A stretch of DNA of 64,000 bases from an uncultured virus (IMG/VR IMGVR_UViG_3300020048_000100) (Duplodnaviria; Heunggongvirae; Uroviricota; Caudoviricetes). The position numbers and the translations under genes were made by a program. The DNA lies in IMG/VR virus record IMGVR_UViG_3300020048_000100; one strand, written 5' to 3'. Position 1 is the stretch's first letter, and each line of letters starts with the position of its first letter. The notes under the pieces were generated by a model. That model searched no databases and had not been told where the DNA came from. It saw nothing but the letters and a program-made list of their open reading frames with translations. Positions 1-13,354 of the stretch are shown one piece after another.

Positions 1-19
1 TATTTTTTCAACTTCCTTT

Positions 20-613
20 TTAAATGTCTAATGTTTTAAGTAATTCTGTATTTTTATCAATGTTAATAATTATATTATATAATTCTGGTGAATAGATATA
101 TTGTATTAGATTTTCATTTTTACTTTCAACTAATATTTCATCTTTTATAAAATCATTTATAAAAACATTCTGGTATACAGTACCTTCTTTCAATGTTGTA
201 ATACTAATTTTAGAATTAACACTTATCAATCCTTTTTTTGTTTCTTGAACATCAAAGTTTTTAGTGAAAGAATTATAAACTTTAATAACACTTTTTCCAT
301 ATACAGCAATTTCAACAAATCGATTAATAATCTTTTTTCTTAACTGGAATGAATCACATTGAACAGACCATTGATCTGTTTTATAATAAAATCTAATTCT
401 AACCCAACCTAATTTTAAAATATTTGTTAGTATTTCATCTCTCTATTTTCCTTCTGTACCAATTTTTTCATTGTATTTATCATGTATTTCTTTAATTTCC
501 TATTGAGTTAAATTAAATAATTCTGGATTTGAAAATACAAAATCTATGTGTTTTTTAAAACTTATATTTATAATATTATTTTTATTATCTATCCAAAATC
601 CATTTTCTAACAT
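20..613 (-). CDS. Hypothetical phage protein (TAG read-through)
   Basis: ATG at 613 is in frame with track ORF 20..229; GTEGK*RDEI...GWVRIR; ends TAA. Confidence 0.75.
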
Positions 614-652
614 ATATGTTTAACACCAGCCTTTCCGATTAAAAATAAATGA

Positions 653-675
653 AAAGGGGGTTATAAACCCCCTTT
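653..675. terminator. Hairpin terminator after HU gene
   Basis: aaagggggt-tataa-acccccttt inverted repeat. Confidence 0.6.
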
Positions 676-677
676 AA

Positions 678-1022
678 TTATTCTGAAATTTCATCTCTAT
701 CAATATGAGAATCTAAAAATTCCTTCTAAAATTTTGTAGCTGTAAATTTCAAAACTTTCTTTTCTGGAATTGTAATCTTTTCCTTAGTCTAAGGGCTAAA
801 CCCAGCACGTTCTTTTCTTACAACAATCTTAAATCTACCAACTGATCCAAAGATAAATTTATCTTCTGTGTCCTTTTTTTGAAGCCATTCATAAAATACT
901 TCATCATACATATCTAATATTTCCTCAGCAAGTTGATTTGTTACCTTAACTTCAAATTCATAATCATCAAATAGACTTTGTACCTTTTCTTTAAATCTCT
1001 AAATAACATCTTTCTTAATCAT
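678..1022 (-). CDS. hup: HU/IHF-family DNA-binding protein
   Basis: FGSVGRFKIVVRKERAGFSP*TKEKITIPEKKVLKF is the HU beta-arm motif; 3 in-frame TAG; RBS upstream; ends TAA. Confidence 0.85.
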
Positions 1023-1048
1023 AATTCAATCCTCTCTCCTTTTTTTAA

Positions 1049-1408
1049 TTACTAAATTGAATAAATTAAACAATCATTAATTAAAATTTTGCTTTCACTT
1101 AATATTGAATCTATTAAATTACATAAATCTTCATTGGATAAAGTTAAAAATGGTTTTTTACAATAATTATTATGTAAATCAAATATAATATCTATATCAA
1201 AAAAATAATTTATTTTTTTATTATACAAATAATTTTTTGATATAATAGTTATTTGTAATATAAAATTATTATCTATTTTAATTATATATAACTCCTATTT
1301 ATCAATATTATTTATATTTCTAATACAAAAATTTTTAAATATATTAAATATAACAAAATCTTTAATTATTATATTTAATTTATTTTTTAATTCTAACTAT
1401 ACAACCAT
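1049..1408 (-). CDS. Hypothetical protein
   Basis: ATG GTT GTA TAG..., RBS gaggtg upstream, ends TAG-TAA. Confidence 0.55.
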
Positions 1409-1518
1409 GTTTAATAAATCACCTCTTCTAAATATAATAATTTATTATCTGTTTGATCTGTTATTTTTATTTATGCTGATAACTTAATTAAATTTCTTTG
1501 TTTTTTATAAATCTTTCA

Positions 1519-1547
1519 ATTATACAGTTTTTATTTTCATTTGTCAA
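1519..1547 (-). promoter_or_regulatory. sigma70-type promoter (leftward)
   Basis: TTGACA-17 nt-TATAAT with extended TG on the minus strand. Confidence 0.8.
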
Positions 1548-1608
1548 GCCCCCAGTATGTAACAGTTTTGTAAATCTTTTTATATTCAAAAAAAAATATT
1601 CAAAAGAC

Positions 1609-1637
1609 TTGACAAATATTTTTTTTTATGATATAAT
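1609..1637 (+). promoter_or_regulatory. sigma70-type promoter driving tRNA-Ile and downstream genes
   Basis: TTGACA(1609)-17 nt-TATAAT(1632), extended -10 TG. Confidence 0.85.
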
Positions 1638-1653
1638 CCTTATGAAAATGAAA

Positions 1654-1730
1654 GGTAGCGTAGCTCAACTGGTTAGAGCGGTCGCCTTATAAGCGACAGG
1701 TTGGAAGTTCAAGTCTTTCCGCTACCACCA
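1654..1730 (+). tRNA. tRNA-Ile (anticodon UAU)
   Basis: Acceptor GGTAGCG/CGCTACC, D arm GCTC/GAGC, anticodon stem GTCGC/GCGAC with loop CT-TAT-AA, T loop TTCAAGT, encoded CCA. Confidence 0.93.
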
Positions 1731-1766
1731 AATATAAAATCCAACTAAAATTTAGGAGGTAAAAAA

Positions 1767-1967
1767 ATGAATGAAATTACAAGAGAAGAATTTTTGCAAA
1801 ACCAAAATGATCTTTGCAAAAGAAAAAATATCCCATTTTTTATGCCATATAATGGTATTTGTTTTTCTTGTCACAATGATATTATACCTGAGCTAATAAA
1901 AAGAGGTAATGATGGAACTCATTTAGTTACAGGTTGCCCTATTTGTAATAGATCATATGATGAATGA
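1767..1967 (+). CDS. Small zinc-finger-like protein (TAG-free)
   Basis: CFSC...CPIC; RBS aggagg; ends TGA. Confidence 0.8.
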   Translation: MNEITREEFLQNQNDLCKRKNIPFFMPYNGICFSCHNDIIPELIKRGNDGTHLVTGCPICNRSYDE

Positions 1968-1995
1968 TTAAAAAATTAAAAATGGGGGTATATAA

Positions 1996-2277
1996 ATGAT
2001 TATTATCAATGATTTTGAAAATATAAAAAAGTTTGATGGGCTTGAAATGGTTTTTCTTAAACATAACACAACTCAAGAAGATTTTGTTTTAAATAAAAAA
2101 ACTGGAAACATTAAAAAAATAAAAGTTAGGAAATATCCAAACCCATGTTTTATTGGAATGTATTCTTATGAAGAATGCAAAAATATTTTTAATAGTATTA
2201 AAAATATCTTAGGACAAGGTATTGAAATTGAAGAGGTTGGTTATGGATTTAAAATCAAAAAAATAACAACAAATTAA
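1996..2277 (+). CDS. Hypothetical protein (TAG-free)
   Basis: Track ORF with RBS ggggg; ends TAA. Confidence 0.75.
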   Translation: MIIINDFENIKKFDGLEMVFLKHNTTQEDFVLNKKTGNIKKIKVRKYPNPCFIGMYSYEECKNIFNSIKNILGQGIEIEEVGYGFKIKKITTN

Positions 2278-2299
2278 AATTTAAATATTGGAGGATAAA

Positions 2300-2938
2300 A
2301 TGGAAAATAAGAATAAGACTATTGATTTCAAATTATGTATTTATAGAACAGCTTGTAAGTTGGAAGTATTTCCAACTATGGATTTAAGTGGAATTAATTT
2401 TTGTATTTATCCATCTAATCCGAATAAAACTACACAATATTCTACATATAATTATAAAGATGGAGAAAGAATCAGATTGAATTATGAAGAAGTAGAAAAA
2501 TTAAATATGTTTTTTGTAAATAAATTTCATCTGCATTCAGAAAGAAATTTAGAACTTCAAAAAACTTCATTAAGTGACACAGAAAAGTTTTTTCATAAAT
2601 TTCAAAAAGGAAATATTAGTACATCTAAAGCTTTTACAATTGGGCTTAAAGTAAATGAAAAAACAAATCAAATACAATATGTATTTACAATTAAAAATGT
2701 AGAAACAAATAAAACGTTTTATATTTATTTAGGTTTACATGAATATAGTATGATTAACAAATATTGCGATACATTTAGACAACAATATCAGTTATTGCAA
2801 TATATCAAATATAGTGAAACTTATAAAGAAAAAGTTGGAAACATTACTGAGTATGAAGAGTATTCTCCAGAGATGAATCAAGAAGGTTCTGAAAATAATT
2901 ATGAAACAAAAAATAATACATCAGATATGGGGTGGTGA
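2300..2938 (+). CDS. Hypothetical protein with acidic C-terminal tail (TAG-free)
   Basis: RBS ggagg before ATG 2300; tail ...TSDMGW is reminiscent of ssDNA-binding proteins; ends TGA. Confidence 0.7.
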   Translation: MENKNKTIDFKLCIYRTACKLEVFPTMDLSGINFCIYPSNPNKTTQYSTYNYKDGERIRLNYEEVEKLNMFFVNKFHLHSERNLELQKTSLSDTEKFFHKFQKGNISTSKAFTIGLKVNEKTNQIQYVFTIKNVETNKTFYIYLGLHEYSMINKYCDTFRQQYQLLQYIKYSETYKEKVGNITEYEEYSPEMNQEGSENNYETKNNTSDMGW

Positions 2939-2942
2939 TTTT

Positions 2943-3650
2943 ATGAATAAAATGGATGAAGTTGTTATTTAGTTTAATGTTGATGATTTAAAAGATTATG
3001 AAATATTGAAAAATTTTGATGATAATAGTGAATTTTATTTAAAGAAATTTAATAAGGAAAAACTGCAAAAGATTTTTATTAAAATGGGTAATGATAAAAA
3101 ATTATACAATATGAAGAGAGGGGATTTAGAAAATAATCCAAAATTTAGGCATTTGATTTAGTATTTTTTGGTTATTGATAAAAACACATCAGAAGTTGTA
3201 GTATACAAAAGAAAGAAACCAACTGAAACCAGACTTGTAGATAATTGCAGTATTGGTTGGGGTGGGCATATATAGTTAGAAGATTAGGAGTGTTTTTTTA
3301 ATCCATTAAAAACAATTGATACTCTTTTATTACGAGAAATGGTGGAAGAAATTAAAATTACTTCTAACAAAACCGCATCTAATAATATTACAGTTGATTG
3401 TGCCAACGATGTATATGTGTTATAGACAAATGATAATGTTGGGAGTGTTCATTTAGGTATAGTATATTTTATTAACGTCAATGAAATAAAAAACTCAGTT
3501 GAATCAAATGAAGAAGAGAATATTATTGTTGATTATATCAAGTTTGATGAATTAAAAAAGAAAATAAAAAATAATGAATTACAATTAGAAAGTTGGTCTA
3601 AAGCAATTTAGATGAGTGAAGAAATCCCAAATAGTATTTACAAATCTTAA
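2943..3650 (+). CDS. NUDIX-family phosphoesterase (COG4112-like)
   Basis: ETRL..CSIGWGGHI, LLREMVEEI, VGSVHLGIV, LESWSK; several in-frame TAG; ends TAA. Confidence 0.8.
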
Positions 3651-3677
3651 TTTTATTTTTATAAGGAAGTTTTAGTC

Positions 3678-4925
3678 ATGGATTAGATAAACATAAGTAA
3701 TCAATATATATTTCCAGAAGAAGAATAGAAGGGGTTAATAGTAAAATATAAAAAATATAAGCAAGGATTAATTGAATAGATTTAGAATGATAATCAATTA
3801 AAAATTGGGCTATTGACAAACAGAAAGGACGAGATAGAAGCAAAATTATATATAATAATGAGAAGTTTATAGATTGTTATAATAAATAAAAAAGTAATGA
3901 AAAAAGATGAAAAATATTTTAATTCTAAAACAAATTTAATAGATGGTGATTAGCAAATATTTGAAGATTTGGTAATACATTCAGTACAACAGATGTTTGC
4001 ATATATTGATAAAATAGATTTAAAAAGAAAGTTATATTCGATTTTATAGAAAATTTAGAACAAATAGTCTTTAATACATTATTTTAAATTTTATGCAGTA
4101 AAAAATACTATTTTTATAACTGACAATAGTACAGAATTTGAAGAAGATAGTGATTTTGAGTATATGTTAGATAAATTGTATTATGAAAAAAATAAAAATA
4201 CTCACAATGATTTTTTTGATGAATTAACACAAGAATAGATTATGGAAATGGAACTTGATGAAAATAGTATTTTAAATAAAAAACAATTAGTATAGAAAGA
4301 AACAAATATAGCAAATTTAAAAAAAATATCTGATATGAAAAACTATTGCGGAAATACAAATTGGGTTTATAATTTTGAAATATTTGAAAAAGTAGATAAA
4401 ATATTAAAATATGGATTTTGTGAGGACTTCAAAGGAATATTGATTAAACTTTATATCATAAATGTGCTGGTCTATGAAAATATAAAAAGATATAATAAAA
4501 ATCTTAATAAATTTACAATTCTTATGGAATCAAAAACTAAATATATTAAGACAAAATTTAATTTGAAAACTGGATTTGAAAAGATAATTAAAATATTTAT
4601 ATCTGATTATCTAAAAAAAGACCCATTTATCTATATAGGTTCTAAAGCAGTATCACTATATTCATCTCTAATCTTATATTTGTTATTGATAGAAAATAAA
4701 ATACCAGCAGAATAGTTTACAGAAAATGAAATTAAAAGTATGGCAAATATGAGGCATGAATTATCAGACATAACTCAATTTTTAGTTTAGGAAGAAGTAA
4801 AAAATAAATTTGATTTTAAAACATTAGTTATGAAATTTAGTTTTTCTTTATGTAAAGAACAAATTGGTAATAAATTAAAAATAAGTTATGTATTAAAAAA
4901 CAATGGGGATTAGGATGTATTATGA
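3678..4925 (+). CDS. Hypothetical protein with a possible sigma-factor region-2-like N-terminal half
   Basis: Frame includes track ORF 4335..4715; FEDLVIHSVQQMFAYIDKIDLKRKLYSIL*KI*NK resembles sigma region 2; ends TGA. The ORF is well supported, the function is tentative. Confidence 0.55.
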
Positions 4926-5101
4926 TAAAGATCAAAAATATGCAAAAGACTTGGGAATTGTTAGTAAATCAGAAATTCCAGAAGATGTAGTGTGGGATAA
5001 GCATTTGTACTCTTGTAAATCAAAAGATAATGAATTTACTTGGGTTTTAGAAGGAAATAATAATTATTCAAATTGATTAAAAAATAGAAGGATGTGATTT
5101 A

Positions 5102-6313
5102 ATGTAGAGAAGGAAGTAGAATTAGAATAATAATGAGCAACCTCAATTAACTGAATTACAGGCTGAATTGATGGAATATGTTGGATTCTTAAAAAACCAA
5201 ATGCCATCTTAGTTTTTATTATCTTCAAAAGAGAATATTATTAAAACAGGATTTTTATTATATGATGAAATAATTGGTGGTATTCCTTTAGGAAAATATA
5301 TTTTAATTAGTAGTCAAGAGGGTTGTGGTAAAACTACATTAATGGTACAATTATAGTAGGCACTGCAAAAACAAGCATACAAGACAATGTATATTGATAC
5401 AGAAAGTAGTATGTCTGAAAGACGAATGAAAGAACTTGGCATGGATGTTAATAAAACAATTTATGTTGTGCCAGATTGTTTGGAAGATTAGTATAGATTG
5501 ATGTGGGAAACAATGAAGCAAAAAGAAATTAAAGAGGATGTTTCACCATTTGTATTTTGTTTTGATTCTAATACATAGACTCCAATTAGACAAGAATTAG
5601 AAGATGATGCTTTATCAGATAAACAACCTGGTCAAGTAGCAAAAGTAAATAGTCTATAGTTGAAAAAACTAATTAAACCTTTATAGAGAACAAATTCAAC
5701 CTTAATTATGATTAGTCAAGTAAGAGATAAATTAAATTTGGGGTTTGGATAGAGTTTTGGACCAAAAGATACAACAACTGGTGGTAGATAGCTAAAATTT
5801 TATGCTCATCAAGATATTGTATTGTAGCCAAAATCTGATGGAACAATGGAAAAAATGGAAATAGATGGTAAAATTATTTCTATTAAATAGAGAAAGAACA
5901 GGATATAGAGCCCAAATATTGAATTTTACATGTAGTTAGATTTTAAAAATGGATTTTCTGATTAGATTTCTAACTTTGTATATTTATCAAATCTTAAAGA
6001 ATCAGATTGGAAAGATTAGAATTTTGAATATATACCATTCAAAACAACTGGTGGTTGGTATGAATTTAAGTATGAAGATAAATATGTAAAGAAGTTTAGA
6101 AGTAAAGAATTTCCAGCATTATATGAAACAGATGAGGAATTTAATAAGTATGTAAAAGAAATAATTTTGCAACACATTCATCAAGTTCATGGTAATTCAA
6201 TGTATGAAGAATCTATTGAAGAAATTGTAGAAGAACAAATTGAAGAATCTACCAATGAATTATTTAACGAAACTGTTACAAAACCTGAAGAAACAGTTTG
6301 GGAAGAAAAGTAA
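5102..6313 (+). CDS. recA: RecA/UvsX-like recombinase
   Basis: GGIPLGK, EGCGKTT, YIDTES, FDS, ISQVRD, TTGGR*LKFYA, KNRI*SP, TGGWY; ends TAA. Confidence 0.92.
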
Positions 6314-6372
6314 TTTTTTTACGTCTTAATAAGAAAGGAAGTTAATTTAATTAAATATTTGGAGGTTATTAA

Positions 6373-8211
<1,839 letters not shown>

Positions 8212-8236
8212 AATTAAGTAAGCTAATGCAAATTGT

Positions 8237-8268
8237 AAAATGTGGGATTTTAATCCCACATTTTTTTT
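8237..8268 (+). terminator. Intrinsic terminator after dnaK
   Basis: tgtgggatt-tt-aatcccaca followed by a T8 run. Confidence 0.8.
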
Positions 8269-8273
8269 AATAC

Positions 8274-8302
8274 TTGACAAATCACTTTTTTTATGGTATA
8301 CT
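8274..8302 (+). promoter_or_regulatory. Repeated sigma70-type early promoter
   Basis: TTGACA-17 nt-TATACT; near-identical copies at 14818, 16445 and 18237. Confidence 0.85.
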
Positions 8303-8343
8303 ATGTCTGTGAAAGAAAGAAAAAATTAGAAGGGGTTGATTAA

Positions 8344-8952
8344 ATGAAAATATTGAAAGATGGTAGAGATTTAAACAATTCTGTATTTATTGTTGAATCA
8401 CATGAAGTAGATTCAAATGGTAATTTTTTAAAGTTATATTTTGAAAGTACAAATAATTCTAAAAGAAAAATTAGATTGGTTGATAATAATAAAGAATATT
8501 TGATTAATGTTGGAGAATATCTTGATAAAGATTATAATTTATATGTTGAACTTAAACTTTTGCTTTGGATTAAAGGATTGTATCATATTTTAGTTAATAA
8601 TATTAAAAATAAAAAATACAATTCAAAATTAGAATTAACTGACGCATCTGTTGAATCAATTAAAGAAGTAGATTTAGTTGAACATATTAAAATAATTACT
8701 AAGTATGGTTATTTTGATGATATTTTAGTAGAACCTTTAAAAATTACTACCCAAGAAATTTTAGATATTATAATTAAAAATGATTATAGTTTTTATGGAT
8801 CAATAATTTCAAAAAATAAATTGTTCATAATGCTAAATGATTATATGGAAATAGATACAGAAGTGTATGAAGCTTGTGATAAAGATTATTTTATTGCAGA
8901 TGTTGGTTTGGAAGATTCGTTAGAATTCCTTTTTTTAATAAGTAATAATTGA
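8344..8952 (+). CDS. Hypothetical protein (TAG-free)
   Basis: 202-aa track ORF after the promoter with RBS; ends TGA. Confidence 0.8.
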   Translation: MKILKDGRDLNNSVFIVESHEVDSNGNFLKLYFESTNNSKRKIRLVDNNKEYLINVGEYLDKDYNLYVELKLLLWIKGLYHILVNNIKNKKYNSKLELTDASVESIKEVDLVEHIKIITKYGYFDDILVEPLKITTQEILDIIIKNDYSFYGSIISKNKLFIMLNDYMEIDTEVYEACDKDYFIADVGLEDSLEFLFLISNN

Positions 8953-8973
8953 TGAAATTGAGTTAAGTTAAAT

Positions 8974-9300
8974 GGGGGCGAAAAGGGTTCGACACGTTTG
9001 ATGAAATTAGTATTTTCATGGGTGTTTTGAATACTACACTAAAAAGTATTCACAAAAATTAAACGACAAAATTAAATCTTTTTTTACCACCAAATTTAAA
9101 AAATCATCAAAGCCTGTATTTCAGCAAGTTTACCAACCTGTTTAGATGTAGGCTTGAGTTACAAGTAATAAAAAAATCTTAATTCATTTTATTCTACATT
9201 AGAGGATTAAGAACTCCCGAATAAAATGTAGATAACCATGTAAAACAAAATACTAATTGAACAAGGGTGGACGTGGGTTCAATTCCCACCGCCTCCACCA
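8974..9300 (+). ncRNA. ssrA: tmRNA
   Basis: 5' GGGGGCGAAAAGGGTTCGAC; 3' GTGGGTTCAATTCCCACCGCCTCCACCA; acceptor stem with G3.U70; internal tag frame 9065..9157. Confidence 0.95.
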
Positions 9301-9331
9301 TTTACTTTAAAATGTAAAGAAGGTGGTTTGT

Positions 9332-9604
9332 TTGCAAGAACAAAGTTCAGTTTTAAATACACTTAATTTACTTGGTAATGAAGATGCAATCGTTCTAATA
9401 ATTACAAAAGAGGGATGTAGTCAATGTACAAAAACAAAGGAAATATTAAGAACACAAAACATTGATTTTATGGAAGTAAACTATGAAACTTTATCTAAAA
9501 CTTAGTTGATGAAACTCTATAATTTTAGAAAATCCAATAACATAGAAAGAATAACATTACCTATACTAATATTTTCAAAAGAATCAGAATATTGGGTTTT
9601 TTGA
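9332..9604 (+). CDS. Glutaredoxin/thioredoxin-like protein
   Basis: ITKEGCSQCTKTK CxxC motif and ITLPILI cis-Pro motif; TAG read-through; ends TGA. Confidence 0.75.
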
Positions 9605-9628
9605 TTTAAATTTACAGGGGGAGATATT

Positions 9629-9772
9629 ATGTATATTGTAACGTATAAAATTGGAAACAAAAGTTATGATTATCAAATCAAAGCAAATACATCAAAAGAA
9701 TAGAAGCTATTAGCAAAAAAAGAACTAAAAGTATCAAATAGTGAAATTCTTGGTGTTATAAAATAGTCCTAA
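9629..9772 (+). CDS. Small hypothetical protein
   Basis: RBS agggggag; KANTSKE*KLLAKK; ends TAA. Confidence 0.65.
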
Positions 9773-9853
9773 TCTAAATTTTAAATAAAAATGGGTGGGA
9801 ATGTATAAAAAATCCCACCCTTGAAATTATTTTTTTATAAAGGAAGGTACTTA

Positions 9854-11032
9854 ATGAAGATATAGATTTTATCTGATTTGCATTTAGATTTGAATAGAAA
9901 AAAAGAAAAATAGGAATTACCAATTACATTTTACATATTGTATAATCAGATACAAGTTATACTTAAAGATAAACCAGACCTATTGATTTTGAATGGTGAT
10001 CTAATAAATAATTAGTAGAAATTAGATATTACTATATTAAATTTTCTTTCATAGATATTTTCTCATATTAATAAAATCAATCCACAATTAAAAATAATTA
10101 TAAATCAAGGTAATCATGACTTAGTATATTTAAATAAAAATTTACAAAATTATGGAAGTTTTATAAACATATTTAAAAACAATATAAATGTGATACCTAT
10201 TATTAATTGTAGAAAAATAAAAGTAACAAACGAATTAAATTTATTTTTTATTCCATATGGTCAAGATAAAGAAGAAGTGTATAAATTCTTAGAAGAAGAA
10301 AAGAATTTTAATTATGGATTGTATTTTTTTCATCATGATATGGATATTATGCACAATAATTATGGAATACAAACTTAGAATAAATCTAAGATTTTAGAAC
10401 TTGATATAATAAAATCTATAATAGATAAACAAAATAAAGGTTATCATCTTATAAATGGGCATTATCATTATCATACAGAACTTCCAAAATATAATTTAAC
10501 TATATGTGGAGGTCTTAGTTAGAATACTTATTCTGAAAAAATAAATAGTATTGTAGATGTGGATTAGTTTTTTGGTTGGAATAGATTCCTATTTTTTAGT
10601 GAAAAAGATAAAAATATGGAATTCATTCCATAGGAATATAAAATTTGTACGATATCTTACAAAAATTATATTAAGTTTATGGAAGAATATACATAGTTAA
10701 AAAATTTAATATATGAAAAAGCAGACAAGCAATTTTTTCAAATTAGAGTAGAGAACAATATAGAAAACGTAGATGTAGACTATAATGATTTAGATTTGAA
10801 AATTAAAGAACTTGAATCAATGACTAATGTATTAGAATAGAAAAAAATACAAGGTGGAAAATTATTTGATATTATCAATCAAAGCACAAACAACAAAGAA
10901 TCAGCAAACAATAAATCATTTGATCTGCAAGAGTATTATAAAAAATAGATAAAAGAATCTATTGCTGGTACACCATTAGCTAAGAAAACAGATTCAGTCA
11001 TAAAAGAGTTAAATCTAATATTTCAAACATAA
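9854..11032 (+). CDS. SbcD/Mre11/gp47-like metallophosphoesterase nuclease
   Basis: MKI*ILSDLH, NGDLIN, GNHD, HHD and NGHYH motifs; ends TAA. Confidence 0.85.
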
Positions 11033-11076
11033 TTGGGTTAAACACTAAAAAAATAATAAAGGAGTAGTGAGTTTCA

Positions 11077-11352
11077 ATGGAAGAAAACAGTATTTTACTT
11101 ACAAAAATTTCAGATTTGGAAAAATTGTTAAATGATGGTATTGTGATGCTTAAAGATTTTTTGAAAGATGAAGAAGGGTCAAAGCTATCTTCTTGGGCTA
11201 TTTCAGGTTTTTTGAATCATTATACCCAATAGATTCAAAAAGGGTTAAACACACTTGAGATTGTTAGTATTACAAAAGAAGAATATTAGGAATTGAAAAA
11301 AGAGGCAGATGATGAAGCAACATAGCCATTGGCTGACATTAAGCAAGACTAA
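11077..11352 (+). CDS. Hypothetical protein
   Basis: RBS ggag; 3 in-frame TAG; ends TAA. Confidence 0.7.
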
Positions 11353-11390
11353 TTAAAATTTTAATTAAAAAAGAAAGGATGTGTAAAAAA

Positions 11391-11603
11391 ATGATGAAAT
11401 TTCAAAAAGTAAATTCTTCAAGCATTTCAGAACTTGGTTACGATGAAGAAACTAAAGAAATGATTATTTTGTTTATGAATGGTACAAAATATTCATACAA
11501 AGAATTTCCAATAGAAGTTTACAAAAATTTGTTATTTGCTGATTCAAAGGGGGCATATTTTTCAAGATACATAAGACCAATTTACAAATAGCAAAAAATT
11601 TAA
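11391..11603 (+). CDS. KTSC-domain protein
   Basis: VNSSSISELGYD...F.NG..Y.Y...P...Y..L..ADSKGAYF..YIR; ends TAA after one TAG. Confidence 0.9.
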
Positions 11604-11624
11604 TAAATTATTAAGGTGGGATAA

Positions 11625-12878
11625 ATGAATATTGATAAAATTATGAAAATCGAGGTGAATCATTAGAAAATAAAAGAATATTTGAATGAAAGCAAGAATA
11701 AACCAATAAATGAAATTTTAGAATCTAATGAAATAAAGGAATTAAATTCATATTTAAACAGTCAAAAAATTTTTGAAGGAAACACTAATCAATATGAAAA
11801 ATATATCAAAACCCCTACTGGAAATAAATGTATTTTATAGGAATAGTAGGGTATTAGCAGAATATTGGATAGAATTGAAAAATTCTGTTTTTAGGGTGTA
11901 ACTTAGTTTAGAGGTAGTTTCACCTATCACGTAAACACTATCAGAAATAAAGAGCTAACTAATTTTTTGAATGAAATAATCGCTCCAATGGGGTATAGCA
12001 AATCAGATTTTGGATATTACAAAACAATGGGTAGATGGGCTGAATGTGATGATGAAACAATTCCATATAATCAATGCCCAGATAATATGAAAAAATCTAC
12101 ATTTGAAGAATCATTTGTGTTTATAAGAAGCAATGAAAAAGTAAAAATTTGGGATTTTATTTATTAGATGGTTTAGCTTGGAAAATTAGGTGAGCAAGAT
12201 AGTGTTGTATTAGGACTAACATTTGAAGAACAAAAAGAAATTATAAACACAAATTATAATGTACCATTTTCAAAATCTATATTTTAGAAATATGTCCAAG
12301 AATAGGAAGCACATCTATCAATACTAAAAAATATAGAACAGAAAGAAACAGATGAAAAAACAAAAAATAAAGAATTGGCAGATAAAGATAATCCAAACAA
12401 TTATCATGGAATGTTTAGTGGAATGAGAGTACAAGAAAAATATGAATTGGATCATGATAGAATAAATAATTTAATAGACCATTTTCCATCTCCAGATGAA
12501 CTTAAATCATTTGTTGAAAGTATGTTTGATGAAAATAATACAAGAAATTTATATTTCTTTTATTTCCCACGAAATACAGAAAATGAATTTAGCACATTAG
12601 GTAGAAATATTACATTGAGTGAAATTGAGCAGGCTTTTTCTATGCTAAGAGGTAGTGATAAATCTAAAAATTTAGGTAATCCAAATTATAAAAAAGACAA
12701 AAGAGAATGGTATAATTCTAAATCTATAAAAGGAAAAATAGACAATGATTAGGTTACAGAAGTTCCTTTTTAGGTGAAAGAATGTAAATATTTTGAATTA
12801 CTGGGATTTGAAGTACCAAGTGCAAAAACATCATTAAGTAAGTTATAGTTTAAGCACGAAGGAATACTATATAAATAA
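11625..12878 (+). CDS. Conserved hypothetical phage protein
   Basis: Joins track ORFs 11967 and 12375 in one frame; GISRI...T*FRG...EESF...EQDSV; ends TAA. Confidence 0.75.
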
Positions 12879-12893
12879 TTAATTTAAATTATG

Positions 12894-12915
12894 CCCCCTT
12901 AATTGGGGGTTTTTT
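12894..12915 (+). terminator. Intrinsic terminator
   Basis: ccccc-ttaatt-ggggg followed by a T run. Confidence 0.7.
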
Positions 12916-12938
12916 ATTTAAGACAAAATAAAACAAAT

Positions 12939-12949
12939 TTGATTAAGTT
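12939..12949 (+). promoter_or_regulatory. Putative phage late-promoter motif TTGATTAAGTT
   Basis: Same motif upstream of genes at 43832, 62090 and 63915; variants at 20188, 43161 and 62733. Confidence 0.55.
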
Positions 12950-12991
12950 AAAAGTAAAAAAGAATAACTAAGTAAATTGGTGGTGATTACA

Positions 12992-13288
12992 ATGTTAAGT
13001 GATGTAAAAGTAAAAGAAGGAAGTTTACACAAATAGCTTGGTTATGGAGAAGATACAAATTTATAGGAAATTGCGTCTGATGAACTAATAAGTAGATAGA
13101 AAAAATAGATAAATTCAGATAAATATTCTTACAAAAACATCATAAGCAAAATAAATTGGTAGAGAAACATTTCAAAAGATTCTGCATTTTCTAACAAATT
13201 AACACACATTCTTTCTGAATTAAAAAAATGGAACGAAAAGACCACAGTAAACAAGGAATCCTCAATTGTAAATGATTTATTTATTTAA
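12992..13288 (+). CDS. Hypothetical protein
   Basis: VKEGSLHK*LGY; RBS ggtggtg; ends TAA. Confidence 0.7.
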
Positions 13289-13354
13289 TTATTTTTGTTT
13301 TAATCGGATGCAATTCCACTAAAAAAAACTTATGTGTAAAGGAGTTGTTGTTTT

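Noticed and set aside
1498..1692. Track ORF of 64 aa
   Set aside because: It spans two promoters and the tRNA, so it is spurious
1654..1730. tRNA as the amber suppressor
   Set aside because: The anticodon is TAT rather than CTA, and pair 3-70 is U-A rather than G.U. I saw no suppressor tRNA in this window
4915..5076. Small ORF between the sigma-like gene and recA
   Set aside because: Two overlapping frames (starts 4915 and 4922) are both open and I cannot decide between them, so it is not listed as a feature
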